Positions 10,802 through 20,000 of a stretch of DNA of 20,000 bases are shown one piece after another (positions within the stretch are counted from its first letter, which is position 1; every line of letters starts with the position of its first letter). A program made the translations under genes and the position numbers. This DNA is from Vermamoeba vermiformis. Its lineage: Eukaryota. The stretch covers positions 492,183 through 512,182 of the forward strand of contig JBEWZL010000066.1 in assembly GCA_045837725.1 (NCBI GenBank). The letters run 5' to 3'. The notes beneath the pieces are model-generated. The model was given only the letters and a program-made list of their open reading frames with translations. It did no database searches and had not been told where the DNA came from.

Positions 10802-12260
10802 CTAATTATTTAATTTCGAGAAGGTTTGCACTACTGCACTGAATGCCTCTTGAGACTCAGCTTGCTGTTGCTGTTGTAACAACAACATGAAATTAGCCTG
10901 TTGTTGTGCCATTGCATGCCGATGGTGCACTTGTTGAAGCTCTAGTAGTTTTTGAAGCTGGAATGGTACGTTGAACAGTTGAGTGACATTGTGCGTGGCA
11001 GGTTCCAAAGCAATCGGATTTGGAGAACAATCTTGATTAGAAAGAGACGGTGCATTTTGAAGAGCACTATCAATCAATGGTTGGGTTGGTTTGAGCAGCG
11101 TCTCTGGCTTGAGCTTTGGAGCCTCCATCACTTTCTTTTGTTGCTTTGGCTTTGGCTTGACACTAACAGAGCTCTCCGAGTCAGAGGATGAGGAGTCAGG
11201 TAATATCTTTGGAGCTGGCTTGCGCTCCTTTCTTCGACGCAGTGCCTGAGGGATTGCTTGCTTTAGCTCTAAGTTCAAGGTTATTAGACAATACTACTGA
11301 TGTTTTTGATTATACCTTTTTTGATTACTGGCACACTCTTCACAGGAGGAGAACGAGAAGAACGAGGTGGTTGGGTACGAGTTGCACTCTTTGGATGCAT
11401 TTCTTTGGGCTTTAATTTGGACTTTGCCGGAGATAACTTTTTTTTCTACAAGGTGAATAAGCTTTTATCTTGATAGATAGCTAGGTTACCTTTGCACTGA
11501 TGTACTCCTTGAATAATATGTCCAGTTGGGGCTGTTGCCCAGAGCTTGTTTTGCCGTGGATTGTCAGGACCTCGCTGAACTTGACCTCGATGACCTTTGC
11601 TAGAGTTGGGTCGGCAAGAAGGACTTTGTTGTATTGTTTGTTTCTCTTAATGAGAAGGACAGTGTGGAGCCCAGCATTTGATTTCAAGGCAACCAAGTCT
11701 CCTGCCTCGATGCAGAAGTTGTCCACTCTTCGAGTCACTTTATAATAACACTTCTTTTCCCAAGGCTCTCCGAAGTAAATGAAGTACTCAGTGATGTCCT
11801 CTGCAGTGAGAGTTAACTATTGTAGAAGTGTACAAACAGTAGGACTTACTCTTGTCTTGTTCGGATGAAACTGGATCGGCGACAGGCTTTTCTTGGCCGT
11901 CCAAGCTAATGGCTTTATCTTCTATAATAATGCATTATAATATTATATTTTAGATAGTAGTGTAATTATTTATTACCTATAGTATTGAGGAGTTGATCTG
12001 AGCTTTTTTCTTTGGATCGAGCTAGATTTGAATCATCGGCAGAATTGTCAGCTATTGAAAAATGAAATTAAGCTTACATTAAGCTAATGTATATTATTTT
12101 ACTATTATATCCTAATTATTAAAGGTAATATCTCATACCTAATGACTTCCGAGATGGATTCAGATCTGAGGAATCAGTTTCAGTCTTTTGCTCGGGAGGG
12201 CTTGCATCTTCAGGGGGTTGTTGGTACTTCAATAATAGAGTTTTCTGGGTTATTAGCCAT
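10802..12260 (-). CDS. Six-exon transposon cargo protein: acidic N-terminus, small beta-barrel (BAH/SH3/Tudor-like?), basic Pro/Ser linker, Gln-rich C-terminal helix; first exon uncertain
   Basis: Exons 12139-12260?, 11977-12051, 11850-11921, 11490-11800, 11316-11445 and 10802-11268 have canonical GT/AG junctions and splice in frame from exon 2 onward. Core: YYKVTRRVDNFCIEAGDLVALKS..TVLLIK..VLLAD..IEVKFSEVLTIHG. Confidence 0.7.
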
Positions 12261-12515
12261 TGTTGTGGTTATCTAATGACTTCCGAGCAACTTCTGATTT
12301 TGTTCTCCCAAAAAAGGAAGTTACCAGGGCTTTGGGCACGAGCCAATTTACCAAGCCATTTTCTTATTACTATCAACAAGATAACCCACAACTACTACAG
12401 CTACTATTAATAATAACATCAATATCATTGGTCATTTTATTCAAAACACTATGGAGATTAATTCAAGGTAAGCCGGGTCAGATTTGATTTTCCTCCCTCT
12501 TCGGAAGTCATTAGA
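12139..12515. repeat. Three copies of CTAATGACTTCCGA (two direct, one inverted)
   Basis: Direct copies at 12139-12153 and 12273-12287 (CTAATGACTTCCGAG); inverted copy at 12501-12515 (TCGGAAGTCATTAGA). Confidence 0.8.
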
Positions 12516-12781
12516 AATTATTCTTTTGAGTTATTAATAATTAAAAGGGCTTTAAAGTACAGCTCTAATAATATCCTAATGAAGGAATTGACAATTTAAT
12601 GAAAAAAGTGATCGGCACAATTTCATATCTGCCTCGCAAGTCATTTCTAATAATTATTCAGTGCTGTTAATATTATATGATGATATTAATATAGTATATA
12701 ATGCACTTATGGGCTTTGTTTTGTTTATGCTTTGTTTATAGCTTATCTTTAATGCCAACTACCCCGTGCCCTCAGTAAAAT

Positions 12782-13242
12782 GTTCGGCAACCAAGTTAAA
12801 TGCACTTGTAACTCCATATACAGCAATCAGATAACTCAGAAAAGATAGATAAATGAATATATTGTCCTATTTGACATTTGTAGCCTTTGCATGGCTTACT
12901 GTGGAATACAAGTTCTGCCGGCAGTCAGATCCAACTTTAACCACTTTCCAACACTACTTTGCCGAACTTCCTAAAGAGTAATTATATGAAGTATTAATTG
13001 TGCATAATATAAACGTGCAATTACTTATCAAATGAAAAATCTTGACTGGTAGTTACAGTTCGGTTGTTGAGTCCTCCCATTGCGCAACTGTTTGCCGAAC
13101 AAAACTAACTTAATATATGCACTTAATACACCACATTATGCCTAATTCAATGATATTCGACTGTCTGAAAAATGACTCAGCGATGATGTCGAAACAAACT
13201 TTGCACCAACTTTTGCACCTCTGGTCTACGACTTTGCCGAAC
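12782..13242. repeat. Dispersed TTTGCCGAAC motif in the divergent intergenic region
   Basis: Exact copies at 12958-12967, 13091-13100 and 13233-13242; inverted GTTCGGCAA at 12782-12790; palindrome CTGCCGGCAG at 12915-12924. Confidence 0.75.
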
Positions 13243-13351
13243 ACTATTTCATTGATAATTGAATATTGTTAATCATTTATAGTTTATATATTATATTGTT
13301 GGCTCGTTGAAAAATCACTGCTCAAGTTAGTGACTGACTTGTCTTTTTTAG

Positions 13352-16300
13352 ATTTCAAGGATTCCTGTGGGGCTCAGCTGGTAGGACTTGGTGAGCTTCC
13401 TCATTAGTAGTACTAACCTAGAAACTAGGAATGAAAGATCTGTGCACTATTGAAACTGTTGCCCTGGTGCTTCGCCTAACACTGCAGTGTATTCCTGATT
13501 TGCAGCTGACTAGTAATTTCTTTCGCTTGCTTGCAACCTGGATTCAATTTGCACCATTATCAAGCTCAGCATTACATCAATTGAAAGTTGATTTAATTGA
13601 AGCTCTTGGACCAGTAGCTGGATGGACTCCGTGCCAATCATACGTTTCTATTGGAGCAATACTGTCTGCTGCTATCAAAACCTTGCCCACAGCTGAAGCA
13701 ACCCTTTTTTGCACTTCTGAAGAGCACAGATCAAATTGCCGCTGCCCCTTAACTATCAAACAATTCAACAACCCAACTGTTTATGTTGCTGAGAAACTTT
13801 CTGACAGTACACTCTCCGTTCAGGCTTCAATTCACCATTTGATAGACTATTGCCAAAAAATGCCTATGCCGTGTGAATTTTGTGGAGAATTTGCAGTGGA
13901 ACATCGTAAGAAACTCCAGTGATGTCAAAGATATATTCTTACAAATGTGTTAGGAACAATGCACCTTCCAACCGTTCTCACAGTGGAGTTGGGCAGATAT
14001 AAGAGACAGTTCACCAATATTAATTTACAAATTGAACCAACTCTCCACTTTGGAGATAGCTCATATAGTCTACTAAGTGCTTTGATGTGTGATGGGGTGC
14101 ACACCACGTGTTACTTTCTTAACAACAACACCACATACTTTTATGATGGGATGCAAAACAATGGTATAGCCTATCGAGTGAATGAAGATATCAATGTTAG
14201 CAAAAACAAACAATACATTGATCATTTGGTGTACATTAAGCAGCAGGTCTGTTGACATTTGTCTGTATTCCAGTATTGACAATCTAAATAGGACCTGGCA
14301 ACTAAGAAAGAAGTTAATGGAATTGCATTGTTTCAATCCATTATATCAAAAGCTGAAGAGGAGCCACTCATCTCTCGCTCATTTTTCAGAGAGCTCACAG
14401 CCGTGAAAGTTCCCTCTCAGAAAGCCCAACATGCAAAGAAAGACAAACTAGTGAGTGAACAGTCAATAACAAAGGGTATGTTTTCGCTTCTAAAAAAACA
14501 CCTCTAACTTGTTTACACCAGTTCAACAAGATAGCTGTTGTAATGCAAGGTGCACTTCATTGTTTACGTATCAACAGATTCTCAAATGTCGCAAAATGGT
14601 AGCTGACATGAATGAAAGTGAAAAAACAACTTGGCTATTGAAATTTATGGGAACCAACATGAATATATCAGATCCTTCAGTTGTGTTTTTGATCAATGGA
14701 ATGTCAGTTTGTCAGTTGGCTTTCTGTCGGATCTATGGTGTAGCCGTTCAGAAAGTGATTCACTGCAAGCAAATGCACCTTAATGGCAGTACTGCAACTC
14801 TACATGGTAATTACTTTCGAGTATATGATACTCCAAAGAGAGACTCTGTTGCAGCATGGATTTCAGCTTATTGTGAAACCTATGGAGACTATGTTCCTAC
14901 AAAGGATGAAATTCACTTACCATCTCATTTAACGTAAGTTTGTGTATAAAATAGAATATGGTTGTAATTGCTAGCTTCAGAAACAAAGAGTGGTACAAAC
15001 TTTTTGCAGAAGAGTGCAAACTGCAACGGCCAACTGAAGATATTCCCAGTTTTGAGACATTCAAGCAAGTGAGGCACAAGCAATTTAAGGTACATTAACT
15101 TGAATCCTATTAATACTAATTATCAATTTAGAATGTTAAAAGACCGAAAGAAACCAGACTGGGAAAGTGCTCAACATGCCTATTAATTAAACAGAAGCGA
15201 CTTCAATCTGGTCTGTGTGAAAAAACTCTTTCAGCTCTTAAGCAACAAATGCAAGATCATATAGCCTATATTACCAGAGATAGACAAGGTTATCGAGTTC
15301 GAACAGATATTGCTATCAAGCAGCCTCACCTCAAGATGAGTGTCATTACGGACAAAAGTGGCTCATTTTGGTTGCCTCATTTTCATCCAATGCCAAAAGA
15401 ATGGACAAATGTAACTTTCCTACCTGTCAGTTTTGTTGGCTTCATCAACCATGGTCTGAACAAGAGAGAATTGGTGTTTTTCAAGGAAACAGATTATGTA
15501 GCAGATTCAGACTTTTACATTTCACTGCTTTTCCATCACCTAAAAGAGTCACTTCTCACTCTAGACCCAGGCAAGAGACCAAGAACTCTTTACTTGCAAG
15601 TAGATAACAGTGCCGCAGAAGGAAAGAACCAGTATCTGCTACAGTTTGCAGCAGCTTTAGTGCACCATAACTGGTTCGATGAAATATTCATTCACTACCT
15701 TCAACCTGGACATACCCATGAAGACATTGATAGATTGTTTCAGTTATTCCACACTTACTTTCGATGGAAAGTTATAGAAACTATGGACCAAGCAGTGGAA
15801 TTTGCCAGAGCCATCTATCCAAAAGACATTCTCATTCGTGAATTACAATGGCCAGTATATTCATGGAAGAAATGGTTTCTTGGCTTTTCACAGTCAATAA
15901 GTGGACATAAGGACAAGTATGCATTTTGGATCAAACCTGGACTTGACAACACTCCTTCTCTTTTGTATAAGAAACAGTCACTGGATAATGAATGGACAGA
16001 AGTTAAAGATGAACTTTTCAGCGCAGCTCCATCTGGTCAGCCTTCTGTGATACAACCCACTTGCCCTTCTGCCGATTTGATTCAAACTATTGTTAGCAAG
16101 GCTCAGAAATTCTTGTCAAAACAAGTAAGCTTTCAACTTTGAAACCGTTTCTTAAGGCTAGTTTAGGCAATTGAATATTTTGAAGCTCTGGCACAATACG
16201 AACCGATTCAAAGTTCTGAAGCAATGTTCTCCATTGGGCAAGTGAAACCAGAAGTGCCTGCCCCAATAATTAGTACTAGCTCAAAACCAGAGGTAGAAGT

Positions 16301-16562
16301 GTTAACCAAAAAGCGCAAACGAGATTTCACTCAGGGTATGCTGTTGGCAACTATTTGAACCAATACTAATTCTTTTCAAGACCAAGAGGAATGGATTGTC
16401 AAAAGAGTAGTTGACCATAGGAAGAATGGAAACAGATTAGAATGGTTGGTTCTGTGGGAAAATGGAGAGCAATCGTGGGAACCACGAAATTGCTTCATTG
16501 ATGCTGACCAAAGCAAAAACCAGGAATGGGCAGAGTATGAACAGAAAAGAAGGAAAAAATAA
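13352..16562 (+). CDS. USP-like cysteine protease - Cys-rich region - Sola1/DUF7869-like DDD transposase - chromodomain fusion (~950 aa; first exon/ATG not located)
   Basis: Exons 13352-13380, 13429-13905, 13954-14246, 14292-14475, 14522-14933, 14975-15089, 15132-16124, 16167-16335 and 16381-16562 splice in frame via 41-48 nt GT-AG introns. Transposase motifs: CCxxxC, VCxxAF..YGV, HGN, GDxxP..LP, KCSTC..H, then acidic residues in VITDKS, QVDNSAAEGKN and GHTHEDIDRLF. Confidence 0.85.
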
Positions 16563-16584
16563 CCAGTTGTCTTATAAAAGTGCG

Positions 16585-16621
16585 AAATTTACTCAAATGC
16601 GTTTTTACAATACTTTTCGAT
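16585..16621 (-). repeat. Right terminal inverted repeat
   Basis: Reverse complement of 9544-9580 at 32/37 positions, followed immediately by AAAG. Confidence 0.85.
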
Positions 16622-16658
16622 AAAGAGTATTACACTAATAATTATTTATTGTTTAAAG

Positions 16659-19600
16659 AGTACTTTGAATGGCTGATAACAATAACACAAATCAAGCGTC
16701 ACGTAAGTTCGAAGACATCCATATCTGGGTGCCAAAACTTTTTTGTTCAAAATTAGGCCTGATAATAGGGCCAATAATAACATACTATTTAATAACATTG
16801 TTATGTGCAAGAGTTTTATTTTTTAAATTTTTTTGGGGCTACATCCAAAATTACATCTGGTCCGATGGGAGCGGGGGTTATAGGGCATATTGTAGCTTAT
16901 CTGTAGACCTTCCTATTGCACGGAATATTGTCATTTTTGGTATGCAAGCAGTTCCTGCCTAGTTCTTGCTGCGTACCAAATTTCGATCCGATCCGTGCAG
17001 GGGTAACTGCAGGCGATGTGCTGAAAACCCCCGCCCAGCAGCCGCACACATCGGAAACCATTCAACTAGTTGTTTGCTAATGTAATCAACTACACTAGGT
17101 CATCCTAAGCTTTATTCCAAGGAGACAAGTAAGTACCTTGTTGCTGCTGTTAATGCACCTGGCTGATTGACTCTTTAGGGCAGCGAGGTCGCGAGGTTCG
17201 TGTAAGTGTTGCCTGATGAGCTTGTAGTTGTATTGTTCATAAACTCCCCGCGATGGGGCATTTACTCCGCGATGGGGTTGCAGCAATTACCTCCGCGATG
17301 GAGTTTTATTCCGAGATGGAATTTTGTAATACCGCGATGGGTTTATTTCCGCGATGGAAGTGCTGTCTTTGTGATGAAGACTGTTTAATTAAAATAAATA
17401 GAAATTAATGTTTATTTTAGAAAAAGCGCCGTGAAAGAGATAATATGTTGGCTCGGGAGAAGGAAATGGAGTGGCTTCGACAACTTGAAGCGCGAGTGGG
17501 GTATGTTCTACTCTTTAGTTCAAACTCAAATCTAATTGCTGTAGTCCTGTTGTATGCAATCTGTTAACTGCTGTGGCTCATCCTCATGCATTAAACAAAA
17601 GAGTGCAGCGAGCTTTTGCTGTGCAAACGGCACAGAATATGGTGTACTTCACACTAGATGTTATAACGAAGACAAAGTGGGATTCTTTTTTCGTTGTTGC
17701 AACTGTTCTACCATCAATTCGCAGTTATGCTATTGATAATGGACTTGGAGACCTTTATCCACTTACTCAACCATTGACGGTCACTGGCAATGTCAAGTTT
17801 AGTCTTGGACCGGCAACTCTAATGAATGCCGTTGGCTGCAGCACTGTTAATTTACCACGACTTACTCCAGAAGATCAAGATCGTTTTGATGCGGTACGTT
17901 TCTATTACTCTTTAATTAATGTCTAATTGTTAAATAGATACACAATGAGATTGAATTGATCAAAAACTCTGTTCAGAATCAAAATTTCAAAATTAATGGA
18001 GCTGTGACAGAAGCAGCGGATGCAACAAAAGCTGCCAAGTCGATGGATAAAAAGATAATGGATGTAAGCTACTATGCTGCTGGTGTTAAACAATTGGTAT
18101 GGTACATTGGCATTTAGGACCACTGCTAACTTTCGCTTAGGTGGACACTGTTATTGAGAAGCAAAAGCACGACAGAAGATTTGCTGAAACAATGGCAGCT
18201 GAGAGCCACAGACATATACCAGTGAAATACATTGAGACTCTGCTCCTCTTGGCTCGAGACCTGCCAAAGCCAAAGCCCACAGCTCCTAAAACTCCTGCAC
18301 CCACTCGTCCTTCTCCCAGACCTGCTGCTCCTGCTCCTAATAATGCTAACAACACTAATAATAACAATAATCAATAAGTTGTATCTGTTTTTCATCGTAT
18401 TGACATTTTTTTACATTAAAGATCTCAATAAACGAAGTTGATATTCAAGACAAAGGTAGATCTGCAGTGCTGCACTTAAAGAATAAATTCTAAATTCTCC
18501 TGTTTAGGAGCTGCTTTGTTAGAAGAAAGTATTGCCCTAAGCAAGCTATTGGATTCTATGCAGCCCTCTATGCATTCAATGGCAATGGACGAAACTACCG
18601 AAGAGCAACAATATTCTGAGCACGTAGCAGAAATTCTGCAATCATTCCTGCATATGAAAGGTAAAGAACTAATGTTACAATCTCTTTCTTACTTTACTAT
18701 GTAGAATACCTTGAAGCGTCTAAAAGCGCAACAGACGACTCAATGGATTTTGAAGTTAGCACCAATGTTGAAACCTTGGCACAAGATGAGTGCAAAGCAT
18801 GCTCTGTTGACAAAGAGGGTCTATCAGAGTTCTTAACAAAAGGCCCGACAGAATCAGGATTTAAAAGTTTCAATATTAACGGAAAAGCTCAAGCTGAAGT
18901 GGATCGTGGTAAGTAATAGTTTTTCAATCACCAAGTGATTAATGTTGTGCAGAGGACTATTTGAGCAAGAAAGAGTGGGTTGCACTGCACAACTTTTATA
19001 AAACTGTTACTCACCCTACAAAATTTGAATGTGAGTTGATGGCTTCTGCACTAGGAAGATATTGGACTGCAGCAAAAGTACAAAATTGGTTTCAACATGA
19101 AAGAAGTCGCAAGCATCCATCCAAATATAATTCCTCAATTATCGAAGAGAAGGATAATCAGATTTGGAATGATTTTTGCTCAAGTTATGCCTTTGAGCCA
19201 GATATGTTGCTACTTCAGCAAATTCAAAGCGCAAAGCAAAGATGCGCTGCTTTCCTTGCTGGTTCTGACACAAAGAAATTCTTGATCAGCATTGACTATG
19301 CTGTTGGAGGCAAATCTGTGGAGTTGATGAATTTATTACAAGCAGTATATGAAGACAAGCATACCCCAGATTACAACTCAAAGCAGGAGGCAGCAGTTAT
19401 TTCACAGCTTTTTGACTGCAACATAACAGACTTGCCAATCCATGTCCCTGTAAAGGAATTACGCAAACGTAAGTCATTTCTTTTTGCTACTTTAGCTAAT
19501 TTAACTCAGAGGTTAAAGTGACGAAAACTTATCCTGTTGTAAACAACTGTGCCTGGACAGCTGGTTCTTTTTTACTTTGTACTTGCAAGCCTCAAAATCC

Positions 19601-20000
19601 AACTCACTGTACCCCAACTCCCTTAGAAGGAACAGATGATGATGAAATATTCCATGTAATTGAAGGATCCAAGTGGCGAAATGATATTGTGCACACCAAG
19701 CACATGAAGTTGTTGCTCTGCATTACAGAACCAGATGCCGGAAGCAAAAAGAATCCAAATCCCACCTACATTGACGACGTCGTAATTGACACAATAATGT
19801 TGAACCTTAATGCTGTTCGAAAACGTCCCATCTATTTTCTATCCGCAAAAACGTTGGCCTTTTATGCACAACACGGGCATACTCAGTACCTAATGGACAA
19901 GTTTGATCAAGCAAGCATGTTGAATTCAAACTCTCTATTTGTGCCAGTAAATTATCATAATAATCACTGGCAATTATTGGAGGCAGATTTTGTAGCTGAA
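16659..20000 (+). CDS. Homeodomain + Ulp1/SENP-like (C48) protease gene, 3' exons; runs off the window; in-frame TAA at 18375-18377
   Basis: Exons 16659-16702, 17421-17500, 17545-17893, 17938-18096, 18141-18374, 18422-18455, 18508-18660, 18705-18908, 18953-19468 and 19510->20000. Homeodomain LSKKEWVALHNFY..HP..LMASALG..KVQNWFQHERSRK at ~18961-19115. Ulp1-like YIDDVVIDTIM..YFLS..LFVPVNYHNNHWQLLEAD at ~19765-20000. Confidence 0.75.
17246..17359. repeat. Array of six CCG(C/A)GATGG units, each a mini inverted repeat
   Basis: Core starts at 17248, 17267, 17293, 17311, 17332 and 17349 (spacing 17-26 nt). Confidence 0.9.

Larger units (their letters stand above)
9544..16621 (+). mobile_element. 7,078-bp cut-and-paste DNA transposon, Sola1/DUF7869-like, carrying two cargo genes
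   Basis: 37-bp TIRs, 4-bp direct repeat AAAG at 9540-9543 and 16622-16625, and an internal DDD transposase gene. The stop codons of the outermost genes (9584, 16562) lie just inside the TIRs. Confidence 0.85.

Noticed and set aside
13906-13953. TGA at 13920 suggesting a pseudogene or stop-codon readthrough
   Set aside because: It lies inside a canonical 48-nt GTAAGA..TTAG intron that restores the frame.
16669-16962. 97-aa ORF MADNNNT...
   Set aside because: It runs through a GTAAGT donor into AT-rich non-coding-like sequence. Another frame of 16659-16702 fits both flanking exons.
17246-17359. CRISPR-like array
   Set aside because: The repeats are only 9 nt with 8-17 nt gaps, the context is eukaryotic, and there are no cas genes.
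18375-18377. Alternative genetic code (TAA read as Gln)
   Set aside because: TAA and TAG end other genes normally here (16560-16562, 9584, 10802), and no other reconstructed exon of the intact genes has internal TAR codons.

Overview
Eukaryotic DNA with many short (~41-56 nt) GT-AG introns, probably from a protist; an amoebozoan-like host is my inference. The left part holds three host loci: an LRR + ankyrin-repeat gene ending in a ribosomal P-stalk-like DLGFGLFD tail (+, to 4450), a 7-TM membrane protein gene (-, 4526-~6100) and a degraded P-loop GTPase gene (-, ~6730-8610). The main result is an apparently intact 7,078-bp DNA transposon at 9544-16621, with 37-bp TIRs (32/37 identical) and a 4-bp AAAG target-site duplication. 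It encodes (i) a ~950-aa spliced protein joining a USP-like cysteine protease, a Sola1/DUF7869-like DDD transposase and a C-terminal chromodomain, (ii) an intronless, divergent NEIL1-like Fpg/Nei DNA glycosylase with an AT-hook-like tail, and (iii) a protein with a small BAH/SH3-like barrel. The element appears to sit in intron 2 of a gene (9282->20000) encoding a homeodomain + Ulp1/SENP protease. The next intron of that gene carries an array of six mini-hairpins with co-varying stems. All gene models and domain calls were made by eye and need confirmation.
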